Positions 13,100-26,572 of a DNA stretch of 64,000 nt are shown piece by piece; position 1 is the stretch's first letter, and each line of letters opens with the position of its first letter. Location: contig NC_043004.1 of NCBI RefSeq assembly GCF_006345805.1, positions 47,988,001 to 48,052,000 on the forward strand, written 5' to 3'. This DNA comes from Octopus sinensis (lineage: Eukaryota). The notes under the pieces are model-generated. The model saw only the letters and a program-made list of their open reading frames with translations, was not told the DNA's origin and searched no databases. Both the position numbers and the translations under genes were made by a program.

Positions 13100-14570
13100 C
13101 TCTGGCGTTTTTCCTCTTGTGTGATGGAGGGGCGTCGAGTGAGGAGCTGTGGTAGTTTGAGTTATTCCGTGTCAAACGTTGAGAGCTACCAAGCCCCGGA
13201 CTATGTGTCGTCGGAGGAAGAAATGATAGAGTGCCTGAAGAAAATAGACAAAGTTATGGAAAATAGAAGTTATACTACAAAGACGGAAGAAAAATACGAA
13301 GCTATAAGGCTGGATGATGTAAGCAAGTGTAAGGGATTGCTTGAAAGGGAGAGGAACGAAGTAAAGGTGTTCCCCCCGCCCCCAAGTAGTTCTGAAAGAA
13401 GTTGCGGAAAGAACAGTAATTTATAGAACTTACTCAGTGGAAGCCAGGAAAACAGAAAATATGTCGACTGGACAAATAGAAAAGGGGTTGAGACCAGTCT
13501 GGCAAGGGATTTCGTACCTTGCCAGAGGAAAGAAATTTGAAACGTTAGAGGTGCGATTTGGAAAGGTAGCTACCGCCAATCTGCACTCAGGAACACCGCC
13601 GAAAACGAATTAGGTTGTTCTTCTGTCCGTTTACCTTGGGAGGCATACTTCCAGGGTTAGGGTAGAGGATGTACCCCCGGAGGTCAGTGTAGCCTGGCTG
13701 TTGGCTGCTATACTCCTAGGAATGGAGGAGAAGGTGGTGGTCCTACAGGCTACCAAAAACACCTCATAGGAACTGGCAGGGACAAAGCCTTGATATGGTG
13801 GTGCAAGTCACGGAGGAGGATATCGAAAAAAAGGTCCAGAGTATCACAGTAGGAGAAACGATATTAAAGGTCAGAGTGGAAGGGAGGATTCCGCGATGTT
13901 ATAAATGTGGCCTGAAAGGCTACATTAGAGTGGAATGCTCTGCACCACTAAAAAAGGACAAGGAGAGACAGAGGAAACAGTGGCTGGTGTTACACTACTT
14001 GTGGATGAAGAAGCAAGTGAGGTGCAGCCACAGAAGAAGACAGAAGAAGACGTCGAGAAGGAGGAAGAATCGAACACGTTGGAAAATGGTAGAGAAAAAG
14101 AGGAAGAAGAGGAGGAAAAGGACACACATGGTAAAAGATGACCCCAACCCACACCCACCCAGCCTTCACCCACACCCACCCAGCCTTCACCCACACCCAC
14201 TCTACCCCAATCACTCCCTACAGACACCAACCCTCTCCATACCCTACCTGACAATCACAAACACCCAGGAGCCTCAAATTTCCCCATCTTCACCCTTGGA
14301 AAAATATGTCATAGTGTATAGTGGAGAAAATAATGAAGTGTCTACAGAAATAGACTCGTGGGACAATATCGTAAAAGTGTATGTATCAAAGGTAAAAGGG
14401 ATGCCCGAGTAGCTTGGTTGTGCAGTGGCAGACCCAGCATACATATCTAGACTAAAGAACTTCGAACAAAAGTGTGACTATGAGCACTGGATCAAGAAAC
14501 TGGACACCAGCTCAATGCCAAACAATTTTTTTTTCTTAATAGATAAGTGCCCACGAGATTTTAAAGAAGC
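13100..14570 (+). mobile_element. LINE ORF1 (gag-like, CCHC knuckle) remnant without ORF2
   Basis: ORF 13795-14412 contains VRVEGRIPRCYKCGLKGYIRVEC (CX2CX4[H>Y]X4C) then an E/K-rich stretch; upstream ORF 13121-13426; frameshifted; 21-bp tandem repeat at ~14148-14200. Confidence 0.65.
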
Positions 14571-14635
14571 ATAACGTAAACATCCTCTGAAGGAAAGACA
14601 ATTAGATGTCGCTAATAATTGTTATTAGCGTTACC

Positions 14636-14931
14636 GTCACCGACCAGTCTTTCAGATGTTGCTACACATCGCTGGTCACAATGCGCTTCGCATTGTTTTA
14701 GCCTTCAAATGACGCCAACCCGCTGGCTAAGCGAGCAGGCCAACAGAGGAAAGAGTGAGAGAAAGTTGTGGCGAAAGAGTACAGCAGGGATCGCCACCAC
14801 CCGCTGCCGGAGCCTCGTGGAGCTATTGATGTTTTCGCTCAATAAACACTCACAACGCCCGGTTTGGGAATCGAAACCGCGATCCTACGACCGTGAGTCC
14901 GCTGCCCTAACCACTGGGCCATTACGCCTCC
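14636..14931 (-). mobile_element. SINE family C, short-tail variant
   Basis: Head GGAGGCGTAATGGCCCAGTGGTTAGGGCAGCGGACTC; tail ...GCGAAGCGCATTGTGACCAGCGATGTGTAGCAACATCTGA...GGTCGGTGAC. Confidence 0.9.
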
Positions 14932-15204
14932 ACAGTAATTGTTATAATTGTTATAAACTAGTTTTGTGTAAAAGGGATAATTAACCATTGTAAATGGTAA
15001 CTAAAATGGTGTTGCAAACTATTAAATTAGCTGTTGCAAACGGTAATGTAAATGTTGTTGCTACAGGTTCAATGAAGCCACTCGGAGGTGGGGGCCGAAC
15101 GGGTTCATTTCAGCTTTCATTATATAAATTCATTCGTTTTGTTTTTGTTTTTTTTTTGTCCCCACCTTGTGCTGTCCCCTCTATGTAAGGCCTTCATGGC
15201 CAAT

Positions 15205-15435
15205 TTCACAAAGTAAAGAAGCTTCCTTCCCAATCACATGGTTCCGGGTTCAGTACCACTGAGTAGCAACTTGAGCAAGTGCTTTCTCCTATAGCTTTGT
15301 GTCGACCAAAGCCTTTTGGGTGGATCTGGTAGAGGGAAACTGAAAGAAGCCCTTGGTATATGTATATGTGCGTGCGTCTTTATGTCTGTACCGCAATCAC
15401 CGTTTGACAGCCGGTGTAGGTGTGTCTACGTCCCA
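15205..15435 (+). mobile_element. SINE family A, partial degenerate
   Basis: CACATGGTTCCGGGTTCAGTACCACTG...GGAAACTGAAAGAAGCCC. Confidence 0.7.
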
Positions 15436-15928
15436 CATTTCTTTTCCACAAATAGTGACGGGAAACTTAGAGAATACTATTCCTGATGGTGTTTTCTAAA
15501 TGTCCTCTATAATCCTCGTTGGAAATGTTTATAATACCTTTGATCTTAGGTCTGCACCATTAGTACTGATCTAAACAAAGCAGTAAGAGCAAAAAAAAAA
15601 ACAACCAGATATAACCAAAAACTATATTTATGCGTTAGTATGTAGGCGTGGACTCTAGGCGTTTGTGTGTATTAATATTGACACTTTTATATTAATTTCT
15701 AGTGAAGTGGAAGAATTAGACACTTGTTTCTGTTATTTTTTTTTTATACAGCTATCATTTCAATATCATTACTCTAAATTCGTGTATATAAGTTCCAAAC
15801 TATGGCGGCGGTAGCTTCAGTTGAAATATAAGAACAAAACACAGGCTATGAGTAATACACACATATACGCATACATACATGTATACAGACGTACATACAT
15901 ATATACACACACACATTCACACACACGC

Positions 15929-16007
<79 letters not shown>

Positions 16008-16054
16008 AGATAAATAAAATAATATCGATATTGACAAAAACGTATATGAATTTA

Positions 16055-16088
<34 letters not shown>

Positions 16089-16157
16089 CGATATTTATAT
16101 ATTTATTTATATATTTATACACAAATAGATATGTATATACGTATATACGTGTATATA

Positions 16158-16206
<49 letters not shown>

Positions 16207-16929
16207 GAATGTATATGCATACATATATATGTGTATATATATATGTGTGTGTGTGTGTAGGCATATATGTATATAAATACATTCATATATATATATATAT
16301 ATATATATATAAAGAGAGAGAGAGAGAGAGAGAGTGGAAGAGAGAACTAGATAGGGATGAGGCGGTAAAAATATAGTGAGAGAATATTTGACGAGGAGAT
16401 ACTGGTTGTTGATTATCATCTGTCATTGAGAATTAATGGATTCCATTTTATTGATGACATATTCCTACTTAATTTCAAGTCAGCGTTGGTTGTTCATAAA
16501 TATCATTGTCTTGCAATTGTTGCTTTTGTTGTTGTTATTCAACTACAACTTCTACTACTACTACTACAACTAATGTTGCATCGCTTTTTTGTTATTTTTT
16601 TTAACATTTTCTTGTGTGCTTGATACTCGTGTCTTATCGCTTTCATTTGCTGTTCTTGAAAAAAAAATTATCTCTTTCTCTCCCTCTTTCCACTCTTTCT
16701 CTGCGCTCTCTCTTTTCTCTCTGATCTTTCTTTCTCTCCAACTCTCCCGCCTCTGTTTATTTTGCAAGAATTTTTTTTTTTATTTAATGCGTTTGTTATG
16801 TGACATATTTTTAAACGTATTCGGTACATCGTTTTGGCAGGGTTATAGAAATATTTAGTTTGAGACAAAGTTAAGTGAAACATTTGAAGCCATATCAGGA
16901 ATACGAATATAATATCACATAAAATTATA

Positions 16930-17400
<471 letters not shown>

Positions 17401-17499
17401 ATATATATGTGTGTGTACGTCGCGTATATGTATGTATATGTGTGTGTTTTATGTACGCATGTATGAATGCATGCATGTAGATACGTATGCATATATGTA

Positions 17500-18070
17500 T
17501 GTATGTTACTATTCAGTTTTATTTCTAGATTTCTTGCCAATAGACAAAGAATCAGCTTCTAATCTAGATCCAAGACCCCTTCACTGGAACTTCAACAACA
17601 TCAACAGGTTATCATTGCATATATGTGTGTATTTGTACAGTATTTGGAGCCAGTGCATGTGCAGATTTTATATTTTGTTTTATTTATGCATCCGCATGCA
17701 TATAGTTGCATGTCTATACATGCACACATATACTTAAAATGATAAACTTCTGGAAAGTTTTTTAAATTTTTACAGTTCCAGTGAAAGCTTGGATCTGTAG
17801 TCTTCGAATCAGTTTTCCCCTTTCTGATTTTGAAAAGCCTAATTTCTCATCGTTTGATATTTAGACAGCGTGTTACATATCCCAGTACCCCAATAATCAC
17901 AGGTATAAAACTGAGCTTGTAATCTGTAAATGAGATTGTAAATGTAGACTTCTCAATAGTTCAACGTAGATATTTTCTTTTTCGCTGATCTTTAGCTTTA
18001 TTTTAACATTCGCTGGGCTGCTGATTTCCACTGATTTCTCTTCTCTGTCCCAAATCTCTGTGTCAGATGC
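17500..18070 (-). mobile_element. REL-type (R4/Dong/CRE-like) LINE 3' fragment in (CATA)n
   Basis: Minus-strand remnants KISEKENIYVELL, YKLSFIPVIIGVLGYV and KLIRRLQIQAFTGTVKI, then 3' UTR ending GAAATAAAACTGAATA; homologous to 57262-57770 and 39310-39540. Confidence 0.8.
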
Positions 18071-18197
18071 TTGTATGTATGTATGTATGTATGTATGTAT
18101 GTATGTATGTATGTATGTATGTATGTATGTATGTATGTTTGTATGTATGTGTGTGTATGTATGTATGTATGTATGTATGTATGTATGTTTGTATGTT

Positions 18198-18751
18198 ATG
18201 TCAGGTCACTTTCGAGTGCTACTGGTCACATGTAACCCAGTACAACATGTTGCATGGTCGGGTCGTCGGCGACTAAACCGGCAACCCCACCAAGCTTGCT
18301 TGGTGAGGAGGGTGTTTACTGGACACTCTGCTGGATGAAAAACAAAACCCGTCAAAGGGTGAGGAACTCTTGAGGGTCAACGGCCATCCAATAAATGTCT
18401 TAAGGCTGTATCATGCGCGGGGACATAGAAATAATCGGACTGAATACCCGATCGCGCGGTTAAACCATTGGGAGTGAAGGACTCCTAGCCTTTGTTAGGG
18501 CAACCTTCTAAGAGAAGGTAACTCAGGTAACTGGGATAACTCCGACATAAAACCTGTGGCTCAGTGGTTACCGATGATGTTGACATGTTCTTCTTTTCGG
18601 ATTATGGCTGCCGTTGCTTAGTGAGTGGAATTCACTCAGTGCACAGCCTTTCCTCACTTTAAAAAAAATCTTCTTGCACAGGCATTGCACGATAACAATA
18701 TTGATTAAGCTTCGTGCAATGGCCATACTCGATAACGAGGGGGCAGCCACC
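18198..18751 (+). mobile_element. Bipartite non-autonomous RTE derivative (5' UTR fused to 3' tail)
   Basis: 18198-18704 is colinear with 57254-56570 (minus), which lies upstream of an RTE endonuclease ORF; 18705-18748 is 43/44 identical to the RTE 3' terminus at 57813-57856; flanked by (TATG)n. Confidence 0.8.
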
Positions 18752-18905
18752 ATGTATGTATGTATGTACGCATTGTGTATTTATGTAAGCATTTATTCAT
18801 ACGTATGTGCTTCATGTTTATTGACTTCTTACAATATGGCCAGGTGTTATGAGTCCTCTCAGGAAACAAGAATAGTAACATCGGGCACTTGTGACCCATA
18901 AAAAA

Positions 18906-18950
<45 letters not shown>

Positions 18951-19908
18951 CAATGATCGACATTGGATTCTGTGTTTCGGTAAGTTTCACGAAATACTGT
19001 GAAACTTATGGAGATACTAAATCAGGTGAGGGTGCTCTTATAAGATTGCAATCATTTTTTTTTTTTTTGCTTCTTTTCTTTTCATTTTCTTAAACGTACC
19101 CATAAGATATCCGCTAATATCTGCAGCTTTAAAACAAAATGACATATTCGAGTTAAAAAAGACGAACAAAAAAATATATTTTAAAAAATATTATCATAAT
19201 ATTTGTAATGGAAGCTGCTAAAGAGATGATGATGATGATGATGGTGATGAGGAGGAGGAGGAAGAAAAAAAACTATCGTAATTTTTCAAACTGAAGACAT
19301 GGTGTAGTCGCCATGACAACTAAGGTATCTGACATTATTGCCTCACCACATTCTACAGCAGCAAATTTCATTAATGTATGGTAAAGAGAACAAATATAGC
19401 AACCACAAAAAAAAAAACAATAGCAACACTGCCACCAGCTAAAGTCATTCGAACGCAGCAGGAAAATCCACCAACACCGTTTTGCCAGTCGCTTTCACTA
19501 CGATTGGCACCAACTTCACCGCCGCCGCCGCCTCCAACAACAACAACAACAACAACACCAGTTTGGTATGCATAATCAACACCTTCACTCTCCCCACCAC
19601 CACCACCGTTTGTAACGGGAATTTTTTTTCAACGGTTAATTGCAACAGTGACATTGTATCCACAGTCACTCGTGCCATCAAGAGCAAATACCCACACAAA
19701 CTCGAAAGGGTCGAGTTCACACAAACAAACAAACAAGCACTGCCTAGGGAAACATTACTCTCACTGCCAAAGCGGGAAGAGAAGCAATAAAGTCCCGCGA
19801 CCAATAATCGTATCGATAAAAAGAACAAAAGTTGACGACTCTACTCCAACAGAAATGCATGAAAGACGAATGGAAGGCACGGTGAGGTGGTGGTGGTGTG
19901 GTGGTGGT

Positions 19909-20140
19909 GGCGGCGAGCTGGCAGAAACGTTAGCACGCCGAGCGAAATGCTTAGCGGTATTTCGTCTGCGTTACGTTGTGAGTTCAAATTCTGCCGAGGT
20001 CGACTTTGCCTTTCATCCTTTCGGGGTCGATAAATTAAGTACCAGTTACGCACTGGGGTCGATACAATCGACTTAATACCTATGTATGTCCTTGTTTGTC
20101 CCCTCTGTGTTTAGCCCCTTGTGGGTAATAAAGAAATAGG
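19909..20140 (+). mobile_element. SINE family B, full length, in a (GGT)n tract
   Basis: Complete family B sequence ending AATAAAGAAATAGGT; GGT repeats on both sides. Confidence 0.95.
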
Positions 20141-20143
20141 TGG

Positions 20144-20174
<31 letters not shown>

Positions 20175-20725
20175 GGTGCTGGTGGTGGTGCTGGTGCTGC
20201 TGCTGCTGCTGGTGCTGGTGCTGGTGCTGGTGGTGGTGGTGGTGCTGGTGCTGGTGCTGGTGGTTGGTGGTGGTGGTGCTGGTGGTGGTGGTGGTGGTGG
20301 TGGTGGTGGTGGTGGTGGTGGTGGTGGTGTGGTGGTGCTGGTGGTTGGTGGTGGTGGTGCTGGTGGTGGTGGTGTTGGTGGTGGTGGTGGTTGTGGTGGT
20401 GGTGGTGGTTGGTGGTGGTGGTGCTGGGGTTGTGGTGGTGGTGCTGTGGTTGGTGGTGGTGGTGCTGGTGGTGGTGGTGGTGCTGGTGGTGGTGGTTGTG
20501 GTGGTGGGGTGGTGGTTGGTGGTGGTGGTGGTGGTGGTGGTGGTGGTGTGGTGGTGGTGGTGGTGGTGGTGTTGTGGTGGGTGTGGTGTGGTGATGGTGG
20601 TGCTGTGCTGGTGGTGGTGGTGGTGGTGGTGGTGGTGGTGGTGGTTGTGGTGGTGCTGGTGGTGCTGGTGCTGGTGGTGCTGGTGCTGGTGCTGGTGCTG
20701 GTGGTGCTGGTGGTGCTGGTGGTTC
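20141..20725. repeat. (GGT)n/(GCT,GGT) GC-rich trinucleotide array, ~585 bp
   Basis: Direct reading; source of spurious poly-G/V/W/P/T ORFs. Confidence 0.95.
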
Positions 20726-23700
20726 GATGCCTCATTGAAGAAGAGATTTTAGAGAAATAGTGATAAATACATGCTAGAGAGAAGGGTGTTTGTAGCGATT
20801 TGCCCTACGTGAGGAGTTGTGTAAGCACTGAAATGTATATACAATACTTCCATATAATATAGGATGAACCTGAGATCGATCCCCCTTCGGGGACTTGCAA
20901 AAGCTCGAAATAAAGATGCAAATGGTGTTCAGCCCTGACAAAACAAACGATCCGTGACCTCGTGGTTATTTGGAGAGGTGGGGGCCAATTGGCTGTGATA
21001 GAATGCGTAAGAGTTAGGTTTTACACTTCTGGAAGATCCAACCAAAAGAGGGCTTTTTATCTTCTAGGTAAAAAGAATGAAAACTTCCTTGCTGCCAACA
21101 CTGCAAGCACAATATAAATACCAATAATAGAAGTATGAACAACAATAACAAGAATATTAACCTCGAAAGCTAAAATCACTTCCAAGGCAAAGACGATTAC
21201 TATTGCCACTTTCAAAACAGGACATCTGACAAAAGAGACCGCTGCCCCGAAAGATATCAACCTCAATACAAATGTCAAAAATACCCATCCGTGCATTAAC
21301 AATCTTCTTTATCTGATGCCTCCTCAACTGGCGCGAAGGAGGTGTGAATCAGACTACGCAAATGTCGACAAAGGAAGCAAATGAAAACACACAAATGCAA
21401 AAACAAAACAAAAAACTTCTGCAAAAATGCAAAAGAGACAAAAATAACCACAACAACGGCCAAACACAAAATCAACCATTATCAACTTCACCGTTGTCAA
21501 TAGAAACAACAATGGCTTAATGCAGAGTTTGCTAAAACAACTCAAAGATCAAATAAACCACAAAAGAAGAGAATTTTTAGGAATTCCTTGCCCAAACATT
21601 CAAAGAAAAGAATATCGTTGAAGACATCAACAGGACACTAAAGAATAAGTTTCCGTGTGGTGGTATTTTTCTTAAAGGAGAGGACAAAACAATATTATTA
21701 TTATTACAATCATTTTCAACAGTATATGAGACGTCCTACTGCATCATCATGTGCACTCTGTATTCCATTAGCATCATTTACGTTATTGTCGTTGATAGCA
21801 TTATCGTCAACACTTACCCTCTGTACAAGATTAGTAAACGAAGATGATCTCGGGCTTGCTCTGAGCTTCGATGAAGAACCGACGCAGCAACCTACTTCCG
21901 CATTGCCAAAGGCAAAGAAGTCTCCCTCTGACCTTGAAAAGTTCACTGTAGCTCTAACGGGTGAGAGGGAGAGGGTTAACTTCAGAACGAGAGTTACACC
22001 TGTGGCTGAAAAGATCCTATCAAATTTCCTGCATATAAGTGTTGATGACTCTAATGTGGAAAAAAGTAACCGTAGTAGCAGTTTATGGAAGCTGCTATCC
22101 TTAGGGCATCTGTAAGAGGAACTCCGGAAGCGTCGAAAGAAATCAGGTATTCTCGTTTCTAAAAGGTATCCCAGAGGTCGAAAAACTACTTTCCCCGTAA
22201 AAATAAGGAAGAAACAGAAACAACCAGAGACGGTAAACTGCTGATGATAGCAGAAAAAGACAAGACTATGAAAACGTAACAAGAAAATTTTAAAAAGACA
22301 CACCCCAAGAAAAGGGATTAATAGGAACCTATCTTCACACGTAACTGTAATAAATTCACAGATCTTTGCACACAGAACATGAAAAGAAAGAGAAATGGTA
22401 AGGTGGATCAATCAGAAGAAATTTACATTTTAGCATTTAATTAGGCTCTTTAGATTCGGTGTTAAAATCCTGCTGACGTCAACTTTGCCTTTCGACAGTC
22501 TGGGGGTCGATGAAATAAAGTATACTGTGGTAGACTTAATAGACTAAACTCTTCATCACAATTGTTTTGCTTTGTGCCAATTATTATTGCTGGTGAGAAT
22601 ATTGTTGTTATTAAGACCATATTTTATATATTCTCCAAGCCAAATATTATTCTTTTCTCTTGATTTGTTTTGATGCCATGGGAAATAAACAAATACATAA
22701 AAACCCACAACCACTGAGTTTAAACATCATCAAATCCAATATTAAATGAATCCAGCAAACTGCTACTGTTTACTTTACCGAAATACCAATTCCTCAACAG
22801 AATTATAAGACCAACCTGTCAATACACACACCAGAGCTAACATAATTAGTTAGCTAATATAAAATATTAAATCTTGCTTTAAGTTCAATATTAAAAGAGA
22901 AACAGCAAACAATCTTGTACAAAAATAACATTGTCATTTTGTCTTTGTTTATATGTGTCTTTATTCATTGTTTATTTTAGTATTTTGTTTCTATTTTTGG
23001 TTTTCCTTATAAACTTTTCTTGTGTGCATTCTGTTACCAGTATTATATTTTTTTCTGCTCATCGGTATTAAAGATGTAAGGGATTTGATTACGTTTTCTA
23101 TCAGACTACAACCAGTGGTCTAGGATATGAAACATGCCTGTCGCTTCCTCTATTAAGATCCTTCTATGCGATTTATATTTGTCTTTAATTTATATCGAAG
23201 AGTTTCCCATTATTCCTGTTGATATAGTAAACAAGATTTCCTTGTTGTACCCGTTTCTACATTAAAGATATAGCTTTCCAGCTTTTACTTTCAAAATTTT
23301 TGACACTGTTCCCAAAGCTTCAATTATAATTCAATTATAAAATCTTTTTCCCACCATTTGAGAATTTCATAAATTCAGTACTTTTCCCATTTTTTCTTGA
23401 TTCTGATGTCAATGTACATCCCACGTCGTATACATCCTAGTTGGTTCACATCAATGACCACAATATCCGAATTATGGAGTTTTACTTTGCTTTTGATTTG
23501 TACAGAAAAGTCATACAAATTCTTCTACCAGTTTTAATGACTTTCATTTCTGTCCCCACAAACTAGCCTTGCCTCTTTTCTGTGCATGCAAAGACAAACC
23601 TCATGTAAAACAGCATTTTGTACTCATTTTCGGCTGACCACGAACATTTTTGATAAAACGTGGTCACTTCTATTTCTTCAGATGCTTATCTTTTATACTC

Positions 23701-24098
23701 CTCATTCAATTTACCTTTAGACTCTGTTACTAATCAAATCGAGCTGATGATCTCTTTCTTTAAAATTTTTATTTAAAGAAGACATGTTTTTCTTCATCTC
23801 ATCTCATTTGTCTCTTTGTAAAACATTTTATGGAGCTTCTTCCCTTCAAAATTTTACATTTTCCCCCCACAACTGTTAAAAGTGATGATAGAAAAAAGTT
23901 GTGAGAGCAGACGATATATAAAACAACAGAACATATTTCAGAAAAACTGAAAAGTATTCACTTGCTGTCTCTCATGTTTATTCTGTCAGCCATAGCAGTC
24001 AAGTCATCTAGCGATCGTTCGATTGGCCAGAGATAAGAGCACGTCATGGTCGGACAAAAAAGAAACACTAAGATAACATTTGCCCAAATCAGAAACAA

Positions 24099-24141
<43 letters not shown>

Positions 24142-24564
24142 ACACACATTCTACCAGAGTATTTCTGCTGTTCTAAAATTAAATAGATTTGATATTTTAT
24201 AGCTGTCGTTAACTTAAAATATTAATGAATACTATTTTGGCTTTTGCAGTTTCGGCAATATTAATGAATATTATTTTTATTTTTGATGTTTAGATTGCAG
24301 AAGGTTTCCAGCAATAATGCCTGTTACTTGTTCTGTCACTACCATAAAAACACACGCTAGAATATGAAGATATTATATCTGAGAGATGTACATCGTGTCA
24401 AACAACAAAGGTTAAACAGATAAAGCATGCTGCAGTCAGAGATGATATTTTCCATGTGCTAATGAATGCAGTCAATATTCGAAAATTATTAGAAAAATAA
24501 ACACTCACACACACGCGTACATTTATATACCAGAATATACACCTTCATGCTTCCTTAAATATTC

Positions 24565-24850
24565 TTTTATTCTTTTACTTGTTTCAGTCATTTGACTGCG
24601 GCCATGTTGGAGTACCACCTTGAAAGGGTTTTAGTGGAACAAATCGAGCTCAGGACTTACTATTTATAAACGTAGTACTTTTTCTATCGGTCCCTTTTAC
24701 CGAACCGCTAAGTTACGGGGACGTAAACAAAGCAAAATCGGTTGTCAAGCGATGGCGGGGAATACACAGACACAAAGACACACACATAAATACATACATA
24801 TATATATAATATATATATATATATATAATATATTCTGTATATATATATTA

Positions 24851-24890
<40 letters not shown>

Positions 24891-24928
24891 GATATATATT
24901 AGTATATATATATTATGTATATATATAT

Positions 24929-24993
<65 letters not shown>

Positions 24994-25093
24994 ATATATT
25001 ATGTATATATAATTCTGTATATATATATATATATATATATCTATATATATATTATATATATATATTATGTATATATATATTATGTATATATAT

Positions 25094-25136
<43 letters not shown>

Positions 25137-25162
25137 ATATATAATATATATATATATATATA

Positions 25163-25196
<34 letters not shown>

Positions 25197-25305
25197 GTAT
25201 ATATATATTATGTATATATATATTCTGTATATACATATATATATATATATATAATGTATATATATATTATGTATATATATATTCTGTATATATATAATAT
25301 ATATA

Positions 25306-25349
<44 letters not shown>

Positions 25350-25618
25350 GTTTATCAAATCGTTTTGCAAGATTATTGATGTGAAATCACGTGTTGAAAC
25401 AGATATTGTTGTATTTCCGCAGACGAAAAGTGCCGCTAAAGAGGTCACAGATGTGTGACAAAAAAATTTCCGGACAATGGACACGCGTCAAAATCAGAAA
25501 AATAATTAAAATAACAGTAATAAACGAGTGAAGAAAAAGTATAGATAGTGCGTGTGTCTATTTAGCAAAAAAAATTATAGTAATAAATTAAATTACCATC
25601 CCCAAGTACAACAATATA

Positions 25619-25651
<33 letters not shown>

Positions 25652-25767
25652 GCATCTTTTGAATTCGTTTATGGTAACGTTAAGTGTATGCAAATAAAGC
25701 TTTTGTGACTTATGGAAACGCGCGTAACGATATATTAAGTATATATCAATTCCATCCTAGAATTATT

Positions 25768-25798
<31 letters not shown>

Positions 25799-25940
25799 TC
25801 GACGGGTTTCTTTCAGTTTCCGTCTACCAAGTTCACTCGCAAGTATTTCATCAGCCCGAGGCTATAGTAGAAGAGACTTGCCGAAGGCGTCACGCAGTGG
25901 GACTGAATCCAGAGCCATATGTGGTTAGGAAGCCTGCGTC
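24565..25940 (-). mobile_element. SINE family A split by ~1 kb of (TA)n and inserted DNA
   Basis: Tail at 24565-24790 and head at ~25797-25940, both on minus. Confidence 0.7.
24790..25350. repeat. (TA)n array with recurrent TTATG/TTCTG interruptions
   Basis: Direct reading. Confidence 0.95.
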
Positions 25941-26156
25941 TATGTGTATGAAATCTTAAAACTGCTTCAAAAGAAAATGACAAAAAAAAATGAAACTAGA
26001 GAAATTATAAATTGCCATTCATACATCGTCTAATAACATTGATTGTCGAAGGAAACGGAAAAGGTGTTTCTGTCAGAAATCGCGTTCGAGTAACCATTAT
26101 TCTGTATTTTGTTCCATGTCTCTTGCCGTACATTACGACATACATATGTAAGTATA

Positions 26157-26572
26157 GGCGCAGGAGTGGCTGTGTGGTAAGTAGCTTGTTTACCAACCAC
26201 ATGGTTCCGGGTTCAGTCCCACTGCGTGGCATCTTGGGCAAGTGTCTTCTACTATAGCCTCGGCCCGATCAAAGCCTTGTGAGTTGATTTGGTAGACGGA
26301 AACTGAAAAGAAGCCCGTCGTATATATGCATAGATATATATATATCTATGCATGTTGTGTTTGTGTGTCTGTGTTTGTCCCCCTCGCATTGTTTGACAAC
26401 CGATGCTGGTGTGTTTATGTCCCCGTTACTTAGCGGTTCGGCAAAAGAGACCGATAGAATAAGTACTGGGATTACAAAAGAATAAGTCCCGGGGTCGATT
26501 TGCTCGACTAAAGGCGGTGCTCCAGCATGTCCGCAGTCAAATGACTGAAACAAGTAAAAGAGTAAAAGAGTA
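26157..26572 (+). mobile_element. SINE family A, full length
   Basis: GGCGCAGGAGTGGCTGTGTGGTAAGTAGC...CAAGTAAAAGAGTAAAAGAGTA. Confidence 0.95.

Noticed and set aside
20073-20760. Long Pro/Thr- or Gly/Val/Trp-rich ORFs (157-220 aa)
   Set aside because: Stop-free frames of a GGT/GCT array.
21000-22411. ORFs of 152 and 231 aa and surrounding repeat-like DNA
   Set aside because: Probably TE-derived, but no diagnostic motif was recognised; not assigned.
24790-25350. Higher-order periodicity in the TA array
   Set aside because: The interruptions are explained by slippage, and such tracts are error-prone in assemblies.
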